Source: Iphione sp. A-MEVVRFRX5
Taxonomy: Eukaryota
Reading direction: 5' to 3'
NCBI GenBank assembly: GCA_976226885.1
Contig: OZ320321.1
Location: 27,962,001-28,026,000, forward strand
DNA length: 64,000 nucleotides
Shown piece after piece: positions 21,961 to 35,670 of the stretch (positions are counted from its first letter, which is position 1; every line of letters begins with the position of its first letter). The position numbers and the translations under genes were made by a program. The notes below the pieces were generated by a model, which made no database searches, had not been told where the DNA came from, and saw only the letters and a list, made by a program, of their open reading frames with translations.

Positions 21961-23419
21961 GAAGGAGAGCTGGGCTGCTATTGTGGTCTTTGTCAGGACC
22001 AGTTGAGAGAGACCCTGCCGACTAAGTTCCATGATAAATACGGTTATAATGGATGCAGGCGAGCGCATTCCTGTTAGTGTGGTTACGTCGGGCCCAATCA
22101 TAGAAGACACTCCCGGAATAAGTTCCTTCCAATATGAACAGACACACTCTTTAGTTCACCAATTCACATGGGGACAGAATTAGACACATTGGAGCGTACC
22201 ACTAGAAAAGAGAGCAATAAGAGATGACGGGGTGGAACCGGAGCCTGTTATTCTGACTCTGCCGGACGCAATTATAGAAGACACTCCCCAAGCAGTTCCT
22301 TGCTATGATTAACCCTGACAGAAGCGCTCTAAATGGCTACTCATGAGGACCATAATAAGTACATTATCCACTCACCTGTATCTGCAAGCAGAGATGTACA
22401 CGTATTTACAAAACATCCAGCAGGTACATATTGTAATGATTTTGAGTTGATAAAAGCTTCTAAAATGCTTTGTTCACATTTCCTAGACTTTATTTTGTTT
22501 CACAGCTGATTACAGGTATGGCACTTCTATTTTTATATGGAATAGCTTTGTTTTTACTTAGTTATCAATGGAGCAACTATTCCTAGTAGGAGCGGGACTC
22601 CTGGAGCACCGGGGCTGTCCATTAAGTATGAGAAGGGTTTTCCTTGAAATATTTAGCTATTTTACTATTTTTCATCTATTGGGTTGGTATAATTACTGTA
22701 CTCTTACCAACGACTCTGACTCTATTATGTGGATCAGTCAGTTTCTCCTTTGTGTATACAATGTATGCTTTTGAGCCTCAGACGCAAGCTCATTAGTTAT
22801 TCTTGGAATGGTGATGTAGTGATGACATCACACATTACTTCATATCTAGTTGTACTGTATATAAGTTTTGAATAAACTCTCTGGATTCATGCTTGGATCC
22901 ATGACACTCCAATCCACACTACAACTCAGGCCATGCTCTTTCTTTCATATGGCTTCTAAAAGTTTTGAAAGTAGCAGTTGGGACTCGAATCAAAATGTTC
23001 AGGTAACAAAATGTAAGAACTGGTAGTGGCTGGCTGTTATAGACAAGACCTATTTCTCATTTGGTAATGATACTATCATTATTAATCTTTGATCTCTTCA
23101 ACCTTCCAAACGGGGTTTACATCATTATGGACCATACTGGTAGCTAATAACTACAACATGGACCATACAGCCTGGTACCCATTAACTGGTTAATGGACCG
23201 CACAGCCTAAAGGTCAGTTAAGTTATCAATATAAAATTCTGGACGTACAGCCAGACGCATGGCCTTAATTGTAGACAAACCCATTTCGAATGTCCTCCAG
23301 TTCAGCCGGGGGGCAAATACATTCACATGCCGATCAATGACCACCTCTACAATCCGAGCTCAACTGGTCACATGAGTGATTTTGGTTGCATATCCATTAC
23401 CAGATACTGTGTATATATA

Positions 23420-23750
23420 CTGGATGCCAGTGGGAGAATTCCTCTCCGACAGTCTCTGTAAATGCCTACCAATCCAACAGTTCTATCACCAGATGACACT
23501 CAACATATATGGGCCATTGGCAGGAGAATTCACTACCAACCATCGCACACGATACACCTATCAGTCAGACTGTCCATCGGAAGACTATACAAGTATACAG
23601 ACGTCTGATGAAGAGAATTCACCTCTAACTATTCCCATGATGCACCTACCAATCAGACTGTCGATACATGACACTACATAATATATACAGGCAGCCCAAG
23701 GGAGAATTCACCACCGCCAGTTGCTATGATGTACCAATGAAACATCCATT
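23420..23750. repeat. Degenerate ~90-bp tandem repeat, ~4 copies
   Basis: GAGAATTC anchors at ~23430, 23524, 23613, 23702, three followed by CCTA(C/T)CA(A/G)TC. Confidence 0.65.
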
Positions 23751-24984
23751 AGCAGGGAGTAAATGTATTTGCTCAGTAATCAAACTTATTTGCGTCGGCA
23801 GTTTCACCGTTAATTCCTATATAACTGGACATATTTGACCAAAAGAACTCAGTTTCGTTGTATATGTGTATACATGTATTATATATATGCGTATATTTAT
23901 CTTATGTTGATTATGTTTGAAACTTGAGTCAAGCCAAGAAATAATGTAATACCGAGTGCTGTAAAAAAAGAACCTTTTTCCTTCTCTATGTTCAAACGGT
24001 CGAGTGACAAACTGATGCTGGGGCGGGAAGGGTGGTGGGGAGGGGCAAATCTTTCAATATTACAGCAACTTCGCCTATTTGTGACTGGGCCAGCCATTAC
24101 AACTCGGGGGGGAAGGGGGGTACCAGGTTACCTACACAGGCGACACCTGTTGGGGCTCGCTCGTACATGCTCATAAACGGCCTGTACAGGTAAAAATCTT
24201 ATTAAATATTGATTGCGAGACACGAGACTCATGCACCGTGTCATTCTCCTCTCCCCAGGGTGTCATGTTGGTATTCAACGAAGGAGGAAACGAGACGGAG
24301 AGAGAGGAGGATCTGCAAGACCTATGGTCCCCCACCCCCTACCCCCACAAGATGTTCAATCAAGCGGAACTAATTAGTGATGCCAGGGTGAGCAGGCTTT
24401 AGAACAACTCCACTGTCTTGAAATCTACAAACTGTGCGTCTTTCATATTGAAATACAACTATTTGATCATGAAATTACTTAAAATGAAACAAGAAAGAAG
24501 ACAATAGAAAACATCTATATATATACAAATGTATTAGCACATCAATTTAAGAAATCATTTAATTTGAGTTGATGGTTAAGAGATAGACCCAACAGCTGTG
24601 AGATCATGATTTTTTTCCCTAAGATTATGACGGAGGATGGGATGGTTGGACAGTAGTATTCCTCGAGTCCGCCCACACGTGCCTGCCTACCGAGACGGGG
24701 AACAACCAATGTGTTACGAAGGGCCACCTGATTTCTCCTCAATTAAATTGGAATACTGCTACTCCAATTACTTTAATGTATTGGAGAAGTCGAGACCAAC
24801 AGCCAAGCTGTGATGAAAATGCCAAGCCGGGTTCGAGTCTATGAGCCATCCAATAATAGGAGTACATGTATATCATTTTCAACTCCCATTAGTTGACCCT
24901 GAGACTCGAGCTCAGGGCCCGTTAATGAATACACTGTGCAAATATGACGGAGAAAATCTAGAATGAGAGAACCGTTCAAGTAAC

Positions 24985-25575
24985 AACAAGAGTGTGGACC
25001 TGTGAGGTCTATTGTCCCCCGCCATCATCTGCCCATAAAGAAGGGGGGGGGGGCAGAGAAGGGGAGAGAAAGAGAGAGAAAATGAGTGTGTGTGTGTATG
25101 TAGTGTCTCTCTCTCCTTACAACCACCTTGATTGGCAGCTTGTTTTAGGGGTAGTTGGCTAGACTTGTTTAAGTCCTTCAGGTTTACAACTCTCGGTTCT
25201 GCCTGACCGGGCACAGCCCCCTCGGTTCTGCCTCACTGAGCACCAGACTGCTACAAACCCTCGGTTCTGCATGACTGAGCACTGAGTGTGTATGTATGTG
25301 CATTGTCAGACCTAGGAACCCCTGAACCAGGTATGTATGTTTGTAGGTGTGTTAGGAAAAGAGTAAAATTGGTATAATTTCACCTTCAAAATATTTGAAT
25401 TACTACCAAAATTACCCAGTGCCATGGGGCCATATATACCAATATCATATATTAAAATCAGTTTTTTGGAGTGAAGGGTTTAAGACTTATAAGACCCACA
25501 AGAGTGTGACGGATGGTCGGGACACCAGCTGGCAGCATTCCTAATGTCCCCCCCTCTATGAGGCGGGGGACAAAA
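24985..25575 (-). mobile_element. HINE/DINE-1-like (Helentron-associated) non-autonomous element, copy A
   Basis: 12-bp subterminal inverted repeats (25012-25023, 25562-25573); 5' hairpin TGTCCCCC..GGGGGGACA; 3' stem-loop GACCT-CAC-AGGTC (24997-25009); internal microsatellites; T-rich insertion site; inverted homolog at 47419. Confidence 0.75.
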
Positions 25576-25683
25576 AGCAAAGATACGCAATGACGATGTA
25601 AAAACGAAAATTAAAACCCAGTTCGAGCATCCCCCACTTATAATGAGCAGGTAGCGAGTAATAACTAACAGTGAGCAACTCAC

Positions 25684-25844
25684 GTCAATGAAGTTCTTGA
25701 TGTCCTTGATGGTCTCCAGCTTGATAATGTTGGACACCTTCTTGGGGAGCTCCTGGAGGATGAGGTCCTCGCCACAAATAAACTGGAAGCCATACGAGCT
25801 GACCAGGTCGTCGACAATGCGGCCCTTCCGTGAGCCTGGTCCAC
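25684..25844 (-). CDS. Adenylate/NMP-kinase-like gene, coding exon 2 (P-loop region)
   Basis: ttccag|GT...GAC|gtgagt, 161 bp. Phase-1 join with exon 1 gives [41 protein letters not shown], matching the AK pattern hhhhGGPGSGKGT...YGFxHhSxGDLLRxE. Confidence 0.88.
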
Positions 25845-27207
25845 CTGGAACGAGCAACAGGAATCATTTCCCATGTGTTTAAATACTGAGACTGCATAGT
25901 AACTACATCGTGCCTGAGACATATTCTGCTTAATCATTCTGCAAACCTGCCTCACCGCCTTTAAATATTATGGCCAGAAAGTGACCACATCAGGACTGAG
26001 ACATAGTCTGTTTGACCCCTACACGCTCGCAATGAAAGACATCATGAATTTCAGATCGCATGCGTTTGTCTACTGGGGCCTGATCTCAATCACATTAGAT
26101 CTGAGATAATTAATTGAAAAGTTTTCATTTTGGTGGGCAAACTGTGCCCGAAATAGCAAGAGATGACCAATATAATGAAGGGTCGTCCCTGTTTGTGTAA
26201 ATTTCCTGTGTGGGAGGGGAGGCTTATGTCGAAATACATGTATATGTTTTTGTATTTGATCCAAGCACCATACACAATACACAATGTGACACTTCTCTAG
26301 TGACCTCTCTCCTTATTTTCAATTCTGTTCTGCCAAAAGACCCACACATTCAACTCATACCCTTGTCATGTTTATCCTTTTAACATTATTCCTCATTATT
26401 GCAGCACCTTTCTACCTAAGACCACATGTTAAAAATCACATGCACCCTTTTAATATATCCTTTCAATAATATTCAGCCTTACGTTCACTTCACACCTTCC
26501 CATCTTTCCTTATGAACAATACTACTGGGCATTAATTATTTCAACACCTCTTTTCACAAGACCCACACGTTCCCCTTCCACTCTTCTCACAATATCATTT
26601 TGAGCAGTACTACTCAGCTGTATTTTGGTACCTTTCTCCCTGACGACTTACGTGTTCACCTCACACCCTACTCGTAATTCCTTACACCATACGAACACAG
26701 TCTATTAGTCGGACTTTCCTGAAAGGAGAGCAAACTTGAGCCGGGCTAAATCCGATTTTACTTTTCTCGCTAGGGTCTCCCCCCCCCCCCCCAGTCGCTC
26801 TGCTAGTACGCAACGCCATCTGACGGCCGAGATCGGCAAAGCCTGTGTCAACACGACTTAAGACTTCTGAGACTCCAAGGCAGGGACAAAGAAGGCCCCA
26901 GGATTAGCAGCTAAGCCTTCGGCCTGTTCTTGGAGTTATGGGGGGAGGTGGTGAAGAGAACTTTTGGCGCTCGGCTACCTGTTGGAGGAAGGTCGAGGGA
27001 GGGGGGTGGGGGCATGAAGGCGGCTGTGGTGCTGCTGTTAACACCCATAGTCTTGAGTGGACTTTTCCCATAGGTCCTCACTCAGCGACGGTCCAAGTAA
27101 ATCCTACCCCAGCCCCTCTCCCCCCTATCCCTCCCGCTCTTGAGTGAACCTATCTCCGTGTTTGTTTTAATGTCCATTGTAACTGTCGTGCTGTGCGAGA
27201 TGACACT

Positions 27208-27912
27208 GAATGATGAAATATTATTCAGCTGGTTTTAATGAGTAAGCTCCATGTGTATGGTTCTCTAGCAACCATTCTGTCATAGATAGGCCAGGTGCGG
27301 CATTGACTTGTCTGCGAGAACCTCAATTTAATACATCTTAAACATAATACTTAAGTTTTAATATTCCTTGTAACCATCAAGCTCTGCCAAAGGACGGTGA
27401 ATGATGAAATGTTATTCAACTGATTCCAATGTATAAGCAGATTTTGGTATGATCCTCTAAGAGCCGTTCTGTCAAACATATGCCAGGTGAGGTATTGACT
27501 TGTCTGTGAGAACCTCAATTCAACACATCTTAAACATACTACTCAGGGTTTCATGTTCCTTGTATCCATAACGCTGTGCCAAGGGATGGTGAATGGTGAT
27601 TCTGATGAGTAAGCTCAGTGTGTATACATGTTTCTCTAGCCACCATTCTGTCACATATATGCCAGGTGAGGTGTAGACTTGTCTGTGATTCAAAACATCT
27701 TGAACGTAGTACTACTCAGGTTATAATGCCCCTTGTAACCATCAAGCTCTGCCAGAGGAGAGTGAATGGTGCAATATTATTCAGCAGATTCTGATGAGTA
27801 AACTCAGCTGGTATGTTTCTCTAGCTGCTGTTCTGTCATACATATACCAGGTGAGGCAGTGGCTTGTCTGTGAGAAACCTCAATTCAACACGTCTTAAAT
27901 GCAGTAACTTAG
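27208..27912. repeat. ~190-bp tandem repeat, ~3.8 copies
   Basis: GAATG(A/G)TG anchors at 27208, 27399, 27591, 27764; shared CCAGGTG(A/C)GG..GACTTGTCTG.GA. Confidence 0.9.
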
Positions 27913-28473
27913 GTGGAACTCGTCTGAGACTTCATTACATGTACATGTACATGTATTAACCGAGGATAGAGCGTGCACATTGCAAAAAGAATAAAATGTA
28001 AACATATTGTCGTTTCAAAGTCCTTCCTGTAATTTCTATCCTTATTTCTGATCTGTCATTACAACTGTACCCTGAAGTGGCAAATGCTCCCCACAAGAGT
28101 TCCGGCCGTGCCTTTGTTTTACAGTTTAGTCACCTTTAATGTCTTACTCTATTACCTGGCACATAAATCAAACAATCTAGCAACCACTGACTAGCACATA
28201 GACCATATGGCATGGCGACTATCAATTGGTGCATGGACCATATGGCCTGGTGATCAGTTACTGGTGTATGATGCTCTTCCGAGAGGATTTCCAAGAATAC
28301 GGGTACCAAAGGATTATGAAGAATCATGACATACTTAGAGATGTAAACAGGAAAAATAATGTGAGACATAATACGTAGAATACACAGGGCACACACATGG
28401 TGGTGGGCTGACTAAACGCGACTTGTGAGACCCTCAAACCATGTGCATGTTTTCGATCTATATCCATGTATTA

Positions 28474-29535
28474 CCCCTTAAGGACCGTGCAAAAATGACC
28501 TTTTTGTAATGGAAATGATGTTTAAAAAGTATTTCTTCTATAGTACTTAGTATTTTATAACATACAATATCATGTGATATATCAAAAGAAAGCCTAGAAA
28601 TGTGGGTTTAATTTAGTATTAATGATCACTTAATTACTTGGTTGTCATGGCAACAGGGTGGGTTTGAAAACAGCAGAATTTCATAGAAGTGACATCAAAT
28701 TTTGTCTTTCTTATAAATTTGGTCATAAAACTTTGGAAAATATTAGGTTTACAGAAAAATTTTCAATTGCAAAAGTGTAGAGCAAGTGATTTGCAATCTT
28801 TTGATACCTAAATCATTAGTATGTGTAGAAAGGGTTACTTTTTATGATGATCTAGGTCATTGTATGTGCTGCATCAAAAGTAAGCATAAGCTGCATCACT
28901 GATGCAGCAATAGTAACTTTGAGGAGATGATAGTATTGATTAAAATTGGACTTAAGCATTTATTTTGGTCATACATGTAAGGTTTCATAGAACTAAAGTT
29001 TTTATATATACTTATTTGACAGAAAAAATCATAGGAAGACAAGTCCCACAGTCTACAGTGTATATAGACCTTTTAGCTAAAATCACCTGATGCTGATGCA
29101 TATACATCAGGCAAGCTATGCTAAAGCACTGATTTATGCTATGTTTTTATCTTTCTTGATGAAAGAGATAAAAGTTAAATCAATCAAAGAGTTAACTATA
29201 TTGAAAGCATAAGGGAAATATTTTAGTCAGATCTAAAAAATATATAGTAATTTATGGAGTTACATACAAAGTTTGAGGAATCACTATTCACTGTGTGTGT
29301 AGTTAGTGGTATTTGTGGTGTTCAGGGCAAATTATGATATTTCCAAGGTCACATGACCATTTTTTAAAATCCCAACTATTTCTGATGATCTATTCTTTCT
29401 TTATATTTGAAGAAGAACTGTAGTCTAACCTTTTTTGACAAAAAATAAATGTAATGATGTAATAGACTTAATAAAATAACAGCCTCAAGTATGCGCCAAA
29501 TTTGGCACATTTGTCTATGGGTGGTCCTTAAGGGG
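28474..29535. mobile_element. piggyBac-like TTAA MITE (1062 bp)
   Basis: TIRs CCCCTTAAGGACC / GGTCCTTAAGGGG; right TTAA at 29536-29539 (left reads TTA); non-coding AT-rich interior related in inverse orientation to 37401-39040. Confidence 0.85.
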
Positions 29536-30384
29536 TTAATTTGCCACAGTGTTTCCCACAAAACGCTCCGTGAGTTGTCNNNNNNNNNNNNNNNNNNNNN
29601 NNNNNNNNNNNNNNNNNNNNNNNNNNNNNNNNNNNNNNNNNNNNNNNNNNNNNNNNNNNNNNNNNNNNNNNNNNNNNNNNNNNNNNNNNNNNNNNNNNNN
29701 NNNNNNNNNNNNNNNTGAAAAGGAGCAGGAGCAGTAGGAGAAGGAGCAGGAGCAGCAGGAGGAGCAGGAGCAGGATTACAAATCAGCTCAAGCACAATCC
29801 CTGCCGTCACACACGCCGCATACTGTGTGTAAACTCCTTACAAGGCCCATGGAATCATGCATCCATGAAAACCTTGCAACCAATGCTGTGCTACTGTATA
29901 GTAACTCCTCTTCCAATACAGTGTCATAACCACGACTAAACCATCAGTGACATACATCGTACCAGCAGCTGAGGGCAACAATGATGTTCAAAACGTGCAG
30001 CATTACTTACAAGCCTTTTGACCCAGTTTATTTAATTGTCCCTGTTGGGGTGAATTATGCTGTAGAGTCTTCAGTACGGTATGCTACGTGTTTAATTAGT
30101 GTGCTCTCAACTAGGCGTGGTCAGACACTTTTGTTGAGTCCTCTCAAGTATGGGCCTGGACTCTGGTCCCGTGAACCGTAAGAAGTAGTAATCTTTCTAC
30201 GATGTGCTATAACAGGCCCTGATCAGTATTAGGGCCATGGTGTGTATTGTTTCGTCGCTGTGTTTGCATCCAACGACTGCACAACTAACATGACTACCAA
30301 ACCGACTAGACCTTTCATGTCAGCCGCCCGGTTCTCTCTGGATCTGCCATGTAGCGACCTCCGGACTATGGCAACACAGCTTTT

Positions 30385-30655
30385 GATACATTTGACCAAT
30401 CTAATACATTACATACAGTGATTATGTGATACTTTAAAACAATGTGATACATCATGTACAGTATGTGTACAATACATTTGACCAATCTAATACATCACAT
30501 CTAGTATGTACATCATACATTTGAGCAAACTGATACATGGCATCTAATCTCTATGTGCATAGTATATTTGACCAATTGTATGTACCACATCCAGTGTGTA
30601 CATGATACGTTTGACCAATCTGATGTGCCATGTTGAGTATATATGTGATATGTTT
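30385..30655. repeat. Degenerate minisatellite (ATACATTTGACCAATCT core); resumes at ~32205-32290 after LINE D
   Basis: TTTGACCAAT-type core repeated about 5 times left of LINE D; TCTGACCA(A/G)T twice to its right. Confidence 0.7.
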
Positions 30656-30659
30656 GAAT

Positions 30660-32200
30660 AATGTATAAACAGTTAAATGACAATATGCTTGTAGGAGCCA
30701 TTTACATAGACTGTAAAAAGGCTTTTGACTCTGTCAACCATCAGATATTCAGAAAAAAAGATTTGTAATTTAGGTATGGAAGGGGAGAAGAAATGGTTCG
30801 AAAATTATTTATCACATAGGCTTCAAAGGGTCAAAGCAAATGGATTTATATCTAATGATGATACAGTTGGACGTCCCAAATACGGACACCTTTGGTTCTT
30901 TGCAAAACTGTCCACATTTCAGACGGGTCCTAATTAGAGATCACTTGGTAGTATATGAGATGTATATGAGTAAAATTCCTAAAAGTGCTGGATTTAATGA
31001 GTTTAAGTCCTAAAAGCACTGAATTTAAAGAGTTTAAGTCCTAAAAGTGAGTGCTGGATTTAATGAGTTACAGTCCTAAAAGTGCAGAATTTCACAAGTT
31101 AAAGTCATAAAAGTGCTGAATTTGATGAGTGAACCAACACTTCATCCACAGGGGGTAATTCATTTCCACCTTTGAAAATGACTTCTGAGGCTTCCCTCAG
31201 GCCTCCCTGCAGATCCAAATTTGCATGACAACACCTCATCAACAGGGGGTTATTCATGTCTACCTTTGAAAATGACTTCTGAGGTCTCCCTCAGGCCTCT
31301 CTGCAGCTCCAAATTCATGTGACAACACAGTCCACAGGGGTTTATTAAAATAACCACTAAAAATGAGCTCTGAGGCCTTTCTGCAGCCCCAAATATGCAC
31401 AACAACAGTGTCCACAGGGGGACGTTCCATAGAAATTGGTGTCCCAATTAGAGACCTCCTCTTATAATGCTTAACTACAAACATCAAGTCCATTCTCTTC
31501 CAAATCGTCTGCATTTGGGACACGTCCGCTTTGTAGACAGGTCCGTGAGGGGACATTCCACTGTATTGTAAGCTGTGGTGTACCGCAGGGGTCCACTTTA
31601 GGACCCCTGCTGTTCAGTATATTCATAAATGATGTTGAAACATGTATATTCATCAATGATGTTGAGACATATACAGAGCACTGCAATATACTCTTATAAG
31701 CTGATGATACCATGTTGTATACTAGCGCAAGTACAAAAGATGAGTTACAAGACAAATTGCAACATGATTTGAATAATATTGCTGATTGGTACAAGGATAA
31801 CAAAATATAATTAAACCTAAGGAAGACTGAATATGTCACCTATGGAAGTTTGTTGAATCTGGATAAATGTAGCAACTTCCAATTATTTATTGATGGACAA
31901 TAGGTTGGACGAAAGCTAAGCTTAAGCCTCTTTTGAGGTGTTGATTGAATGTAACACTGATCACAACAATACATTTATGCAATATGTAGCTGTCATGTGC
32001 ATAATAACAACAGCATATATTAATGTATTGTACTATGATATAGTATATCTTTGTTGAATTCACATATTTTACACTGTTCTATGTGGTTTATTACTATACT
32101 GTGATGCATCACATTTCATCAGATCAAACTGTTATTATGTTGGACCCTGGTCACATGTACATTATTGTACGTTTTCACCCCAGGTTAAATAAGTCTTAAA
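30660..32200 (+). mobile_element. 5'-truncated, decayed CR1/L2-group LINE RT fragment (copy D), split by a MITE
   Basis: VGAIYIDCKKAFDSVNH...WFENYLSHRLQRVKANG | ISNDDIVSCGVPQGSTLGPLLF...*ADD (TAA at 31697-31699); 27-bp internal duplication (FINDVET twice); AT-rich 3'UTR. Confidence 0.88.
30864..31563. mobile_element. Tc1/pogo(Tigger)-like MITE, 700 bp, TA target-site duplication
   Basis: Termini CAGTTGGACGTCCC / GGGACATTCCACTG; TA at 30862-30863 and 31564-31565; excision restores the RT frame; internal ~30-bp and ~113-bp tandem subrepeats. Confidence 0.88.
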
Positions 32201-35200
32201 ACAAAATCTGACCAGTCTGATAGATCATATCCACTATCACCTCCAGTGTATACATGAAACATCTGACCAATTTGACACATTGCATGCGATACATTGGACT
32301 GAAAACTGGTGCCCATAGCAAAGACAAGCATCACCTTAGCATAACATTTAGAACAACTACATCTGTCTCACAGATCAACATGAGCAACCGGCCTCGTGCT
32401 CAAAGAGGTCAAGCCCAACATGACAATGACTTCAAAGGATGTGGACTATGTAGGCATCTCGTTTTCCCAACAGGCTAACATGGTAACAATAATCAGTCTG
32501 GTAAATAGTTCGAATGCAAATTGTCTCTGGCCAAGAATACATGTACTGTAATGGAAAAGTGCAAGGACATAAATCTTACACGTGCATCCACTGGATTACT
32601 TCTGCTTTCGGTACGACTTAGGTTAGGTGCATGTAATGTATTTCCTCTTCTTTCAGTGCGATTTATGGCAGGTCCATGTAATTTACCTCTTCTTTCAGTT
32701 TAACTTACGGTACTCATCCTTCTTCAGCTTTAGAGACTGTTGCCACCATTGGCAGTGACACCATTCAGATTTTATTCGTGAATTCTCCTTTGATAATATA
32801 TGGAGCCGCAGAAAATCCACAGGTAACTCCCTAAACTTCAAGAGACAGACCTAGCTAACTCTAGGGAATGAAGTCAACACTGCCATTTATTTCTCATATT
32901 AGGCTTTAGAGACAGACCCAGCTATGAAAAGGGTATGACGTCAGTGCTGTCAATCACTTCTCATATTAAACTTAAATGCTACTATCAGAATTCATGTTTC
33001 TCCTCTTCAACTTTACAGAACGGGTCTAGCTTTGGCCCGATCTCCATACTTGCATCGATCCATTTGTGTTATGTTTTAATTTTGCACAAAGGATGAGTAA
33101 TATTGTTTCCATACATGCACTGCATGTTTGTGCTGTGTGGGTGCGTGAGTGTATTGTACATTTTCTGTGCATACTCATAATTTCATGCAGCACAGCAACA
33201 TAAAGCACAAGTATCAACTTGGCAGATAGTGCTGAAGGAAGTAATGATATCGGTGAACTTATGTTAGTGGAAGTGAAAAGACATGATTACCACACACAAC
33301 CATCAAAGGTGCCACTCTTAGCACTTTTTCCTGTCAAATTGTCCGCTTGTAGGATTGTCTAACCAAATTCGCACATATTTAGCATTTTTCTGATTAAATT
33401 CGCTACTTTTTAATTTTTTTCCTCAACAAATTTAACACTCTCAGCACTATCCCCACCAAACTCGCGGTGTTTACCACTTCTAAGAGTGAATCGGCATGCG
33501 ACACTACACAACGCAAACACATGTAAATGCTTGCCAATGTAAGTAAGGAAACCTACCCCCACAGGAGGCAATGCTACAATCATTATTACTCCTTTTTCTT
33601 TATTGATAAACCTTCCGGCCAGAGCTTAGCTTCCACTAGGCCGTACTCGTGTTAAGACTGATTACTCCTCGGGTAAATCCTTCTATAGAAAAGCTGTGAG
33701 CTGTCTACCTCGGGAGGGTGAGAGAGACGGAGCACCTGTATGTTACAGGTGTCTGGAGGAAACGCCTGCAGCTGAATCTCCATCTGAACGCCGCATCACC
33801 TTACATAACTCCAGCGTTAAGATCTCACGTTCCCCCTAACCCCCGTTACTACCCCCATCCCCACCTCCGCAATCCCCAACGGCCCCCTCACCTGCTACGT
33901 GCTATCTATGCAGGGGGTGAGTGTTCCTTCTAGCTCCATCCTCTCCCGTCCCCACTCCCAACCACCAGATGTGGCTCGCGCCGTAAAACCTGAAACGCTT
34001 GGTGATGATAAACGTGCCTGCTCGAGATGTCTGCACCTTTCGACACTTTATATACTGCTAGCATGTCCACCACCCTCCTACACTTTCCTACGATCTCTTC
34101 ATTAGACCCACTAAGACTGCCATGGCATTATCATGCTTCTGTCAGTGACACGCAAGGTCAGGCGTCCCTCTCACACTAGAATAGAGACACCCCAGACGAC
34201 CATTGGGGCCATTCAAACTCAAGTTACCAACAAAATGGGTAGAATATGTAAATACATTACACTGGGAACTCCTCTCCTGCGGTCACTCTTTGGTTGAGTC
34301 ACTTTATGACCATTAAGTGAGCTGACCGTTGCAGAGAGGTAGCTTCAGTATAATATATCTCTCCGTAGCTGATATAATATAACGATCTGCTCTAAAGCCG
34401 TTTGATGATCGTAGGAGGTGACCGCTAATGAAAGTTGGGGGGGGGGTTTACTTTGCACAAGCGACTTCACCACTTGACTCGACACTGGCGGTTTAGTATC
34501 ATTATTTCCGCGAAGTCTTGCGATATTTCCTCCATAACACCTGCCGGTAGTACTTTCAAGCAACGTTTTACTTAAGTATAGTGTAAATGTGGTGTTTGCG
34601 AGTGCTGTGTTTCTCATGCACGTCGTGGTACGAATCCACCACCCCCAACCCCACCTCATCACCTGGGAATGGAGGAGGCTGAGCTAGGCTGTACTTTCCT
34701 TACAGGTAATACTGCTCTACAATGTGGCCTTCGACTCCGGCACGACGGCGGCTTGAGAGAATGAACAATGAAGGAAAAGAAGTTCCGTGACGGACAGGAA
34801 ACTAACCAGACGGTCCGAGTCATTGGATGAGAGCCACGAAAGGGGGGGGGCCCANNNNNNNNNNNNNNNNNNNNNNNNNNNNNNNNNNNNNNNNNNNNNN
34901 NNNNNNNNNNNNNNNNNNNNNNNNNNNNNNNNNNNNNNNNNNNNNNNNNNNNNNNNNNNNNNNNNNNNNNNNNNNNNNNNNNNNNNNNNNNNNNNNNNNN
35001 NNNNNNNNNNNNNNNNNNNNNNNNNNNNNNNNNNNNNNNNNNNNNNNNNNNNNNNNNATAAAGATCGAAATTCAGAGCAGTGGACAAATTGAAGACAATA
35101 CAAAGCAAAGGGAAGGACAGGGAAGGAAGGAGAGGTAGAGGAGAAGTGAGGTACAGAATCGAATACAGCCGGAAATGAATGGGTAAGAGGAAGGAAAAGA

Positions 35201-35299
35201 GGGCAAGAAGACAAGAGGAAGAAAGGAAGACAATAAAGATTGAGGCAGGTAAAAATGCGTAAGAAAGAAAGAAAGTATGAGAGGCAGTCAGAGAGAGTA

Positions 35300-35670
35300 C
35301 AATTGTAACAAGGCAGGAGCTACCTGCATGTATAGTGAGATAAAGACAGGTACAAAAACAATGTAACAGCTAGCAACTGATGTATGTACACAATAAGATA
35401 CAGACAGGTACACAAAACAATGTAACTGAGAGCGACTCATATACACAATGAGACACACAAATACATCAACACTGTAACAGAGAGCAATTGACAGTGTGCA
35501 ATGAGATACAGACAGGTACACACAACAATATAACTGAGAGCTAGTCATATACACAATAAGACACAGACAGATACATCATCATTGTAACAGAGAGTGATTG
35601 ACAATGTGCAATGAGATACAGACAGGTACACAAACAATGTAACAGATCACTACCAGCAGACACAATGAGA
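35300..35670. repeat. ~110-bp tandem repeat (~55-bp subunit)
   Basis: TGTAACAG anchors at ~35362, 35474, 35583; GAGATACAGACAGGTACACA repeated. Confidence 0.8.

Noticed and set aside
22970-24840. B-box-like strings (GATTCGAGTCCC on minus at ~22980-22999; GGGTTCGAGTC at ~24827) as tRNA genes
   Set aside because: No cloverleaf or matching A box; at best decayed SINE heads.
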